From Anolis carolinensis (Eukaryota), in NCBI RefSeq assembly GCF_035594765.1, contig NC_085845.1, positions 56,600,024 through 56,664,023 of the forward strand: DNA of 64,000 nucleotides, written 5' to 3'. The number at the start of each line of letters is the position of its first letter. Position 1 is the stretch's first letter. This document shows, one piece after another, positions 12,717 to 23,726 of this stretch. A program made the position numbers and the translations under genes. The notes under the pieces are model-generated. The model saw only the letters and a list, made by a program, of their open reading frames with translations. It searched no databases and had not been told where the DNA came from.

Positions 12717-12972
12717 AACGCTGATACATACTCCGATACAAACATTCACTTTTATTATATATATTATTTATATATATATTATTTATATATAGATTCTTGT
12801 TTGTAGCAATCCGTGTTTTCTTCTTCCTTTCTTTTGTCAAGGTCTCAGTGTAGGCACAGCTTATTCCACTGACTTCCATAAGAGATGTCAATACCCAACT
12901 TTGAGCTCTGAAGGATATTAGTCATTTATCTTTCCTCTCGCCAACATAATACCATTCTGTGGTTTGTAAATA

Positions 12973-13452
12973 CAGTGTTCCCTCACTACTTCGCTGTTCA
13001 CTTTTCGCTCCCTCGCTGTTTCACGGGGTTTTTTTTGTAGTCCAAGGCACTCTCAGAATGCCTTGGACCTTAATGCTATCCAATCAAAAGTGGTATCTAT
13101 CTATCAAACTAACCAATTAAACAACATAAAGCAACTCATAGAGGACTAGGCCATGGCAGCGCCTGCCTTTCGCACATGCACTCTCACCCTGTCCCCTCTT
13201 CCGGAAAGGCTTCACTGGCTCCCTGGGAATCCTGGGAGTTGTAGATTTACAGCCTTCTCTGCCAAATTGCTGCCCGCCTCATCAAACTAAAACAAATATG
13301 GTGCAAAATGGACTTGCGAAGGAGAGAAAGGCCACCTAACTACTAAAATAAGGTATAAATATTAAAATAAATATAGTGTCCCTACTTTGCGGATTTTCAC
13401 TTATTGTGGGTGGTCCTGGAATGTAACCCCCACAATAAGTGAGGGAACACTG
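12973..13452. mobile_element. Tc1/mariner (Tigger/pogo-type) MITE
   Basis: TA|CAGTGTTCCCTCACT ... AGTGAGGGAACACTG|TA. Related copy at 62758. Confidence 0.9.
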
Positions 13453-14053
13453 TACTATTACTGTTCTATATGTGGAATATTTCAGATATCAGTTTATGTG
13501 TCTGCACTGTATGGATTTGTCTTGCCACACAATATTGCAGCCTGTGCAGGAATTAAATGTGTTCAGATAGTCGTATAACCACATGAAAGGAGTTTCAAAT
13601 TACATTTGTGACATAGCTTTCACATGCAGAGTGGTCCCTGGTTAGTCTTCGTGGTTGTCTTTCCCGTTCTCCGTTCTGTACAGTCAAGACATTGAGGGGG
13701 AAGCAATTAATCCTTTACCAAGACATATAGATTGTCATAGAAGCTTGCCATTTTCTTAGTTTAGGTGAAGGGGTTGAAATACTACTTGCAGCATATAAGG
13801 AGATGTTGTGTAATTTCATTCAAATAGCAAAGCAAAGTGATCTTCCAGAGCCTTTGGAAGGCTGGTGTGTTTGTTCAGCAGAGGTTTCTGATATGGTCTA
13901 ACTCAGGGGTCCTCAAAATGTTTAATCTGAGGGCCAGTTCATGGTCTCAGATTGTTGGGGGGGGGGGGGGGGCTGAACTATAGTTTGAAAAAAAAACCAT
14001 GAACAAATTGCTATGCATACTGCATATCTTAATTGTAGCACAAAACCCCATGA

Positions 14054-14055
<2 letters not shown>

Positions 14056-14106
<51 letters not shown>
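14056..14106. repeat. (TAA)17 microsatellite, target of the R4/Dong insertion
   Basis: 51 bp of perfect TAA immediately 5' of the element. Confidence 0.95.
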
Positions 14107-14108
<2 letters not shown>

Positions 14109-14880
14109 GCTATGGCTCACAAATGGGACACTGAAGAAGGAGACAGAAGGCCTGATCTTTGCAGCCCAGGAGTAAGTGATCAGAACAAATGCAATTAAGG
14201 CCAAGATCGAAAAATCAGCTGATGACCCAAAATGCAGACTGTGCAAGGAAGCTGATGAAACCATTGATCACATTCTCAGCTGCTGTAAGAAAATCGCATA
14301 GACAGACTACAAACAGAGGCACAACTATGTGGCCCAAATGATTCATTGGAACTTATGCCTCAAGTACCACCTGCCAGCAGTAAAGAACTGGTGGGATCAC
14401 AAACCTGCAAAAGTATTGGAAAATGAACACGCAAAGATACTGTGGGACTTCCGGTTCCAGACTGACAAAGTTCTGGAACACAACACACCAGACATCACAG
14501 TTGTAGAAAAGAAAAAGGTTTGGATCATTGATGTCGCCATCCCAGGGGACAGTCGCATTGACAAAAAACAACAGGAAAAACTCAGCCGCTATCAGGACCT
14601 CAAGATTGAACTTCAAAGACTCTGGCAGAAACCCGTGCAGGTGGTCCCGGTGGAGATGGGCACACTGGGTGCCATGCCAAAAGATCTTAGCCGGCATTTG
14701 GAAACAATAGACATTGACAAAATTATGATCTGCCAACTGCAAAAGGCCACCCTACTGGGATCTGCGTGCATCATCCGAAAATACATCACACAGTCCTAGA
14801 CACTTGGGAAGTGTTCGACTTGTGATTTTTTGATACGAAATCCAGCATATCTATCTTGTTTGCTGTGTCATACAATAAAA
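14107..14880 (+). mobile_element. R4/Dong-clade non-LTR retrotransposon, 5'-truncated (zinc knuckle + RLE endonuclease, 2 in-frame stops)
   Basis: WLTNGTLKKETEGLIFAAQE*...CRLCKEADETIDHILSCC...RHNYVAQMIHWNLC...KILWDFRFQTDKVLEHNTPDITVVEKKKVWIIDVAIPGD. Stop at 14799, short 3' UTR ending in AAT-type repeats. Confidence 0.92.
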
Positions 14881-15019
14881 TAACAATTTATTTGTAATAC
14901 CTCCCTATCTCCCCAAAGGGACTCAATACAATACAATATTTAAAATGAAGAACACTTTTAACAAGCATAAATTTACCAGTATATCAATGGGAAATGTGGG
15001 TCTGCTTTTGGCTGATGAG

Positions 15020-15322
15020 TAGGGGTGTGCGACTCGACCTTCAGGAAGAGATGGAGTAGGCTGCCAGGGAAGAAAGAAGAGGAGGAGCTGCTGCTGTCAG
15101 GTACCCACTCTTGCCTGATTTGCAAGGCTGCGTCCTTCGCCTCAGGTAGAGTGTCACTCAGTCCCATTGCCCCTATTTGCTGAAAGATCCGGCTGTTTGA
15201 GATCAATTCCAGTTAAGGCTTCATCTGAGTCCTGCCTGGTCCATTTTTGGCAATCAAGCAGCTGGATCGCCGAACTTCCCCAAATCCGAAATTGCAAAAC
15301 AGAATCATGCACCCCCATCTTA
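15020..15322. mobile_element. Putative hAT-type MITE nested in 13904-15521
   Basis: Perfect 8-bp TSD ctgatgag (15012-15019 / 15323-15330); imperfect inverted ends TAGGGGTGTGCGACTC / GAATCATGCACCCCCATCTTA. Confidence 0.65.
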
Positions 15323-15350
15323 CTGATGAGAGAGAGCTAAGTTAATTGGG

Positions 15351-15351
<1 letters not shown>

Positions 15352-15402
<51 letters not shown>
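15352..15402. repeat. (TTG)17 microsatellite
   Basis: Direct reading. Confidence 0.95.
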
Positions 15403-15403
<1 letters not shown>

Positions 15404-16284
15404 GTGCCTTCAAATTGTTTCAGACTTAGGGTGATCCTAGGTCTAAAGTTTAGGGTTGGGGCTGGGTATATGACCTTGGAGGGTCGCATCCAGGCTGCAG
15501 GCCTTAGTTTACAGACACACGATCTAACTGAATGAAGAACCTGTTGTTGTGGGCAGTTTATTGAACTTATAGTTCATAGAATGACAGTTGACCAAGAGTT
15601 TTGTAAGTGTAGAAAGCATATTAGAATCCACTGAAGAGATGACAAAAATAATGTCACTGTCTATATTAGTGACTCAGAAATCAAGAAGACACCAACTGTA
15701 GAAGGAGCTAAATCCAATTTGCCTCATCGTAGCTTTACACCGGACTTTAGCAATGAATCATCCTTCCTGAAATAAAGAGCTCTTGGTATCCAGAAGGTGT
15801 GTGGGTGTTAATGATTTTTGAAGAACAGCATGAGTTGGGGAATAATCTGAGTACCCCAATGAATATGATTTTCTTTTAATTTCTAGTTTGGTCACATTGG
15901 GTAGTTTCATCTTCTGCATCCTGCTTGCTTGTACTTGCCTTGTGATAAAGATGGATTGATAGATATGTTCACGTTCCCATCCTCAATCCAGGTGTATTCT
16001 CCATTCTGCCCCAAAGCCATTGCAAAATTGAGGTAATTTTTTCGCCTCTTAACAAATTTCAAAGTCAATTGACACATCTTTTGCAAGGTCTGTATGCTTT
16101 TAGAATTATCCCTTTAAAGGTAAAATGTAAAGTTCTGCTTTTGAGATAGGAGATAATATTTTCTTCGATATTTTTAATAAATCACAGTGCAAAATGTTGC
16201 TAAGCCAATTAAACCAATGAGAAATGAAAATTAAAGGATTCTGTTTGCTTACTTTCCCATTCCTCTCATTTTGCCTTCTACATT

Positions 16285-16480
16285 CCTGAAAAAGTTATCA
16301 TAGGGAAAAAGGTGTCTGCACTGAAGCTTTATCACTAATCTTTGTTTTCACAACAAGCCATTTTTTTTTCAAAATCCAATTATCATTGAGAAAGAAAGAG
16401 AGGTGAAATCTTCTGAACAGGGCACAGACAGCAAAACAAACACCACGGGGATGTTAAGCCTTCCCTATGCTATCAAAAAC
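16285..16480 (+). mobile_element. Fragment of a Tigger-like MITE family
   Basis: agttatcatagggaaaaaggtgtctgcactgaagctt is shared with 20306-20341. Confidence 0.5.
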
Positions 16481-16496
16481 TAACTCACTCTCTCTG

Positions 16497-16531
<35 letters not shown>

Positions 16532-19145
16532 TTGTGTACACTATAATGAGGTTGTATTGGTTTGAATTAGAATAGACCTTCGGATGATCTTCCCCTGGTT
16601 TACCCTTGGACACTGTGGCACCTCAGGTACCAACCTTTCATCCTCCCACAAATCTTCAAATTTGGGAGAAGCCTGGCTGTTTGTCAGTCATACAAGAGGT
16701 TGGTGTAACCGGCACTGTGGCAATGAAAAAGTGTGTTTTAATACATTTAAACTGATGTTAATTGCATCATCACAGTCACAAAGTACTGAGTTATTTCACA
16801 TCTGAAATGCACTGTTCTATAGAACAGATATGTACAATTTTTGTATCCTCTTACTTACACAGATTTTGCTATCTTCTGGCATTTTAAAAAAATACACTGA
16901 ATCAAGAAACTAGTGTGTGTGTGTAAAAAAGTAGTCAAGTGTATCAGCCTGTGCAATATTTAGTTCTATCAAAGCATATGAACATAAACACATTTCTTTC
17001 AGAATTTGGAAGATATTCTACTTAGGGGACCTGAAATATGAAAGGATTGCATTTTCAGGAAATATATATTGGCATTAACAAAGAATCTTGTAAGATGGAA
17101 AAACCATCATAGGAAAGGGAAAAAGAGGGTTGATTCATACAGACATTTTAAAAATGTTCATGTATTAGGAAGAAAATGAAAAACTAGATGTAACTTGATT
17201 ATTTGGTTTTATATGGTAGCTTCTGAAAAGACAAAAATTAGTGTTGAAAACATCATAGGCAAAGATGTGCAATTTTTGGATTAAATAAATCTAATTTGAG
17301 TAGAGAAGAATAGTTGGAAATTGTTGCAGTGTGAAAAAATAGTTCTTGATATGATCCATGAAGAGCCTGTTTCATGTTGTTAATCAATTCTGAGTTGGAA
17401 ATCATTTTTGAAAATTGAAATTAGTGTTTTTGAAGCAGAGTCAACTAGAGGTTAGCGGAATGTATTTCTCACGCTAGTTAGCAATCAACATTCATACTTA
17501 ATGACACAGAGTGATGTCACCCTCCAGATAAATTCTTGTCCATTTGATGGCTGTTGGTGGCTTTTGCTGCTGTCAGACTAATTAATCAGCATCAGGATTC
17601 TGGATGTGGTAAACGGAAGAAGAATATAAAGCTCAGTTTGCTTTAATTAAAGTTTCTCATTCATGGCTTGAACAGATAATTTTATTTGTATTCTAAAGAA
17701 TATATTTAACCTCTGTTAACATGACCCAGATCTTAAAAGGTCTGTGGAACAAACAATACATTTGTATACAGCTGAGTCACCATTAATGCACCATTAATGC
17801 ACTCTGCACAACAAGGAAGGACAACTTTATCATACTCAAAGACATTCACTGTTAGTAAGGGTTGTCCAATATTGCCTTTCTAGGAAATAAAAATAATTCC
17901 ATAAACTCAGTAGGAGATAAAACGACAAGCAATTTGGAAACAACTCACTTGAAAAATGCAAGCATGTCTTAGGAAAAGAAAGAAAAGAAAGAAAAATAGT
18001 AATTTAATCAGGAACAAACATAAAAATGTTAGTTAGCATTACAATCCATAAATGGAAGAGCAAGTTTTTAGAATAAAAATCATATGTGAAGTGCTATGTA
18101 AAGAGACAAAGGATTGCATTAGCTCTTTCTCCGGGAGAGAAGAATAATATAGCTGAATGTTTTTTGTAAGTGTTGCCATTGTTGTTGTTGCCATCATCAT
18201 TAACTTTATCTCCTGGCCATGACCACTTAATCTAGGGCCAGATCAGTCTGGGGCATTATGATTGACCATGGTGAAAGTCACATGCTCAGGGCCAAATCCT
18301 CTGTGATGGTATGGGGTGTCCGGCTGGGCTTGACTTTATTTTGCTGTCACCACTCCTTGCTGACCAAGGAGCTCCCTGTGAAAACCTGGTCATCGCGGTT
18401 GTGTCTGCTGAGGATGGGGTGCCTATGTAATTAACACAGAGAGATAGAGTGACCCTCTGCTTCTTATTGATTGTCTGGGTACTATAGTCTTCTCAGGAAA
18501 TTGCAATAGCTAGAATCTTGCAGGGAGCTCCTTGGGCAGTGAGCAGTGGCAACAGCATGGCAACCCATGAGCACAAGGGAAAGGTAATGTCAGTGGTGTG
18601 TGTGTGTGTGTGTGTGAGTGAGTGAATAATGGATTGGATCAAATGGAACCTGATCCATCTGTCCACACAGCCAGAAATCCCAAGCTGAAAAGTCTAGAGT
18701 ATCCCTCACATTGCTTACTGCAGATCAAGGTTGGATTAAGAGCTAAAAGGTCAAGATTCTTACCAGAAGTTGTAGTATATTGGGAAAGCTGCCAGCAACA
18801 ACTTTGGGGTAATTTTTTAAAACAGTTGGATAGTATAATGTCACATGTTGTATGGTGACATTAACTATTCCTGTCATCCACTTGGCTAGTCCCTTTTAAG
18901 GCACTTATCCTTGAGCAAAGGACTAATGTTCAAATGCAGGGCCCTTCCAGATAAGACCCCTATTCCGGAACTTGTTGGAATTTTACCTGAGGTGTCCAAA
19001 CAATGCCTCAAGCAAAGTAATTTGAGACAAAGCAAGACTTTGGCAGCTCTACTTGCCAGTTTTCTGGCTATTTTTGTTTACTTCAAAACTGGGGACAAAG
19101 AGGGGTTGGTGTGGCCCTTCAAGAAACTGGACCTAATATCAAGTA

Positions 19146-19468
19146 CAGTCGAGTCTCACTTATCCAAGCCTCGCTTATCCAAGCTTCTGGATTATCCAAG
19201 CCATTTTTGTAGTCAATGTTTTCAATATATCGTGATGTTTTGGTGCTAAATTCGTAAATACAGTAATTACAACATAACATTACTGCATATTGAACTACTT
19301 TTTCTGTCAAATTTGTTGTATAACATGATGTTTTGGTGCTTAATTTGTAAAATCATAACCTAATTTGATGTTTAATAGGCTTTTCCTTAATCCCTCCTTA
19401 TTATCCAAGATATTCATTTATCCAAGCTTCTGCCGGCCCGTTTAGCTTGGATAAGTGAGACTCTACTG
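19146..19468. mobile_element. Tc1/mariner MITE (323 bp)
   Basis: TA|CAGTCGAGTCTCACTTATCCAAGC ... GCTTGGATAAGTGAGACTCTACTG|TA. Sibling at 28472. Confidence 0.93.
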
Positions 19469-20188
19469 TACTGTAGTTCTTATTGAGCACAATGATGCCT
19501 ACTCCTTAGAAAATGTGGTTAGGCTTGCAGTATTATAGAAAGTAGTCTAGAGGTCCATCTACATGAGCCACATACCTAGAAGTGGAAAAAAAGTCATCCT
19601 GTGGCATTTCCTTATGTACTGGGCAATCTTGCTCGACCATGGGGCAAAGCCACTCAATGTGGTTCTACCCCTTGTTAGAAAACTCATCAGAACTTCCCTG
19701 AAGTTCCAGAGCAGCTCTTCATTTCAATGTGAGTGTATGAATAGTGGGACTGGTTCTGATTTGGAACTAGCCCCGCTGTTCACACTGGCCAGTACTGGCA
19801 TCCTGTTACTCTGCACTCCACAGCATGGAGAAAATGGGATGGCACCAAGTTTTGTCATTTTGTGACACCGTGGAGTTCCTGGTCATTGCTCACCCCTCAT
19901 GACTTGGAGAGGAAAGGGGGATCACATCCTCCTAATCCTCCTCTCATCGGAGTTGCATGATGAAAAATGACAGTAAAGTTGACTGTTCAATGGGGCTTCT
20001 GCTTCTTACGAGGCAGAATCTGGGGCTAGTTTGAAGCAGCAATGCTTCAGATCAGCCCTGAATGTTATGATCTGTGTAGATGCTTAAGGTGCTTAAGTAG
20101 TAATAATCTTCTAGCAACTGCAATTAGGATTGTTAAATTTCTTGTGCATATCATTACTCTACCTCATATGATGAACTAGACTGCAGTA

Positions 20189-20341
20189 CAGGGAGTCTGT
20201 GAGTTACAAACATCGATTTACAAACGTCCCATAGTGAAGAATGGGAGTGAGACAACAGGAAGTGAAAAAAATCTACCCTTAGGAAGGGAAATTCACTCCT
20301 GGAAGAGTTATCATGGGGAAAAGGTGTCTCCACTGAAGCTT
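20189..20341 (+). mobile_element. 5' part of a Tigger-like MITE
   Basis: TA|CAGGGAGTCTGTGAGTTACAAAC start; internal homology with 16285-16480. Confidence 0.55.
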
Positions 20342-20415
20342 AAAGGTGTGTGACTTATACGGAGCCGTCACCAAAATTGCTTTCAAAATGGAAGACTGTG
20401 GTCATTTTGGAATTA

Positions 20416-21631
20416 CAGTAGAGGCCCTGTTATCCAAGATAAAGGGGCAGGCCCCATCTCGGATAACTGAATGGCTCGGATAGGGCAAAGTCTCGCGGAG
20501 GGACATCCCTCCGTGAGACTTCACCCCTTGGGAGGCCTCTCACCATTGCTCCTGTCTAGGCAGGAGTGATAGTGAGGGATTTGCCTGGGCCAAAGTCCCT
20601 GGGCAAGACTTCGCCCCTTGGGAAGCCTCTCGCCATTTCTCCTGTCTAGGTAGGAGTGACAGCGAGGGGTTTGCCTGGACCGAAGTCCCTGGGCGAGACT
20701 TCGCCCCTTGGGAAGCCTCTCACCATTGCTCCTGTCTAGGCAGGAGTGATAGCGAGGGGTTTGCCTGAGCCGAAGTCCCTGGGTGAGACTTCGCCCCTTG
20801 GGAGGCCTCTCACCATTGCTCCTGTCTAGGCAGGAGTGATAGCGAGGGGTTTGCCTGAGCCAAAGTCCCTGGGCGAGACTTCGCCCCTTGGGAGGCCTAT
20901 CGCCATTGCTCCTGTCTAGGCAGGAGTGATAGCGAGGGGTTTGCCTGGGCCGAAGTCCCTGGGTGAGATTTTGCCTCATGGGAAGCCTCTCACCATTGCT
21001 CCTGTCTAGGCAGGAGTGATAGCGAGGGGTTTGCCTGAGCTGAAGTCCCTGGGTGAGACTTCGCCCCTTGGGAGGCCTCTCACCATTGCTCCTGTCTAGG
21101 CAGGAGTGATAGCGAGGGGTTTGCCTGAGCCAAAGTCCCTGGGCGAGACTTCGCCCCTTGGGAGGCCTATCGCCATTGCTCCTGTCTAGGCAGGAGTGAT
21201 AGCGAGGGGTTTGCCTGGGCCGAAGTCCCTGGGTGAGATTTTGCCTCATGGGAAGCCTCTCACCATTGCTCCTGTCTAGGCAGGAGCGATAGCGAGGGGC
21301 TTCCCAAGGGGTGAAGTCTCGCGGAGGGACGTCCCTGGGCGAAACTTTGCCCCTTGGGAAGCCTCTCGCCATTGCTCCTGTCTAGGCAGGAGCGATGGCG
21401 GGGGGCTTGCCTGGGCAGAAGTCGTGCCCAGGGACGTCCCTGGGCGAGGCCTCGCCCCTTGGGAAGCGCCTCGCCATCGCTGCTAGGCAGCAGCGATCAC
21501 TGGGTGCTTCCTCCTCCCTCTCCCTCTCCTTTTCTTGAACTCGAGAGAAGGAGAGGGAGGGGCACCCCGGCGGTGCCTTGGATAACCCAGAGCCTCGGTT
21601 AACTGGATCTCGGTTAACCGGGGCTCTACTG
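20416..21631. mobile_element. Tc1/mariner-type non-autonomous element carrying a minisatellite
   Basis: TIRs CAGTAGAGGCCCTGTTATCCAAGAT / ATCTCGGTTAACCGGGGCTCTACTG (21/25 match); TA on the left. Confidence 0.85.
20490..21495. repeat. GC-rich palindromic 90-bp minisatellite (9 units at exact 90-bp period plus 2 longer units)
   Basis: CTAG centres at 20556, 20646, 20736, 20826, 20916, 21006, 21096, 21186, 21276, then 21382 and 21483. Confidence 0.95.
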
Positions 21632-21934
21632 TTTATATGATGTGTATTTGCTTTGTGTTGTCTGCAATGCTAATGTCAAGAGATCATAGTTCAGTTTCAT
21701 ATTTCCTCACTTTGTTTTTTTCCCCTTCCAGAGATGAGTGGGTAGAATTCCCAAACATAGGATGTTGCAAATGATATCATGTCATGCTTTTGTTGCCATC
21801 TTTGATTATCGGCCTCTTTATTGTCAATTCATGGGGGTTGGTTTTAATTATTTTTCTTGTTTATGTATCATGTGATTACACAAACTCGCAAATGAGCCTC
21901 AACAGTTTCCTAAATGTGGAATGAGTTAGAACAA

Positions 21935-22230
21935 TCACAATAGATGCTGATTGAAAAACAGATTGCTAAATGTGAACTTTCTGTTGCTGAATATGTTCTT
22001 TAAGGGAAGAGAATCTATGACAACTACAGAAATTGAACCACACCCGAGCATCCCAAGTAATAACCCAACACCAGATTTGTTTCCAATAGGCGTGCCTGAA
22101 AGAACAGATATGACAAAAGTCATGTTGCGCAAGGCAAACAAAATAAGATAAAAAGGGCTAGGTAGAAATTAGAAAATTGCCAAAATAAACATAATCTGGA
22201 ATGAACAATATATTCAGAATCTTTATGCAT
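21935..22230 (+). mobile_element. Possible old L1-like ORF2 C-terminal remnant
   Basis: A-rich, coding-like stretch with PDLFPIGV resembling the L1 PELFLLG motif. Weak. Confidence 0.3.
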
Positions 22231-23726
22231 CAATCTGGAAATAGCCCACATTTAAAAGTAAAAAGAAGGATAAATGAATAGTAAGGTCACAAAAAAAGAA
22301 GAATGGATTATCAGAAGTGAAGGTCTCTTTCTGAAGCAGCTTTTTGGTATCTTTATTTTTCAGGCTTGGACTTACATATTTTACTGACTCGGCCGTAGAA
22401 AGGCAAGTTCTCTTGGAATCCCACCAGAGTTTAGGACACTAGTTGAGATCCTACTAGTGTGATGTAATTTTTTTAAAAAAACAAATAATTTTGTAAACAA
22501 GTGATGTTTTATGGTAAGTAGAAGTATGTGTGTGTATATATTTTAAACTAAGAAAACATTGTTTTATGAGAATATTGTCACACAAGATATCGAGTTGTAC
22601 CATTTGCATGCCCACTGTTATCTGGATTTGTTTTGGTTCATATGTATTAGTTTTTAAAATTTTTATTACAACTTCATTTAATTTTATCATTGGATCTTGA
22701 GAACATGGGCAAACAGAGGGCACTTTCAGATAGGACTCAATTCTATGGTGAAGCGGGTTCAAAGAGCCTGCCTTGGCACGGATTTTAGTCCCCACTCCCC
22801 CCAAGAAACTTAGGCTTTGCCGGTGTGTGTGGCTACATGCCACCCTGAACCCCCCCCCCCCCCAATTTTATCTTAAAAGTTAAGTAAAAGGTACCTGGCC
22901 ACCATAACTTTCCTCCTTGCATGAGGAAACCTTAGTTTGTTCTAAATTAATTTGTTTTTACTGGAGCCATTGTTTGGACACTTCCAGTAAAAAACCGAGA
23001 CATGTCCTGGTTTTTGAGCCTGTCTAGATGGACCCAGAGACATTCCCAGCTCAGTTACAGGTAGCTCTGTACATTCCCAGGTGGCAGGGGAATAATGTAG
23101 CCACTCCAGATATATGTAGCACTTGGGTTGGGAGAATTGGTTATCATTGGTCAGCAGGCAGGTGGATCGATGGTTACCTGATCTGCGCCTATGCTGAGAC
23201 CACATCTCTTCAGGTGCAACCAACAAATCAAGTTATGACATGATTTATGCTAATGATTGTGGCTTGTGTTATTAATGCTAGTTGGTGCCTCACTTGCTTT
23301 TGCAGTTCAGTTTTTCCACAGTCAGATTTTTTATGAAAGAATGAATCACTCTGTCTCCAATCATTGTCCCATATATATTCATTCATATGCCCATTCTATC
23401 CAGTTTCTGCAATAATTGATGACTTTGAAAAACTCTTCACATACGCACAAAAATCACATTGCTGTGAAACCTTTGTTCTGGGTTCCCAGCTGGCAGACAG
23501 AACTGCAGTTGTCAGGGTTCTTTAGACTCAGGGAATCTAACCAGTAAAATAAACAATATAAACAGAGATCTGGTATAAAAAAGCCATTCATGGTACTAAT
23601 AACAACTCCAAACAGAGATTTTAGTACAGAACTCAGCATTACTCAGCTGGCCGAAAATATTTAACAGCATCCCAAACAGCTTTGATATTACGTATGCTGG
23701 CCTATCATGCCTATCATGCCATCACT

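Larger units (their letters stand above)
10163..12793 (-). mobile_element. Complete non-autonomous Helitron (2631 bp)
   Basis: On the - strand: host A|TCTATATATAAATAA... 5' end at 12793; 3' end hairpin ACCCGG-GCACCG-CCGGGT followed by CCCCAAG-CTAG|T at 10163. A/T target, no TSD, no RepHel ORF. Confidence 0.88.
13904..15521. mobile_element. Non-autonomous hAT element hosting nested insertions
   Basis: Left TIR CAGGGGTCCTCAAAAT, degenerate right TIR AGTTTACAGACACACG; TSD gtctaact/atctaact. Confidence 0.7.

Noticed and set aside
12361-12891. 176-aa ORF or TLL1 exon 1/promoter
   Set aside because: It spans the Helitron boundary and an AT-rich tract, has no similarity to the TLL1 N-terminus, and the GC-rich part lies inside the Helitron.
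13947-14264. Poly-Tyr/Ile/Asn/Val ORFs (also 31883, 51951, 53547)
   Set aside because: These are translations of trinucleotide microsatellites.
14329-14799. Stand-alone or domesticated nuclease gene
   Set aside because: It is the 3' end of a truncated R4/Dong copy, with two in-frame stops upstream and no promoter or splice evidence.
20521-21372. 283-aa ORF as a real gene
   Set aside because: Fully explained by a stop-free frame of a 90-bp tandem repeat; no ATG start or recognisable domain.
20490-21495. CRISPR-like array (regularly spaced palindromic repeats)
   Set aside because: The sequence between palindromes is near-identical from unit to unit (no unique spacers), no cas genes are present, the context is a vertebrate intron, and the array is bounded by transposon TIRs.
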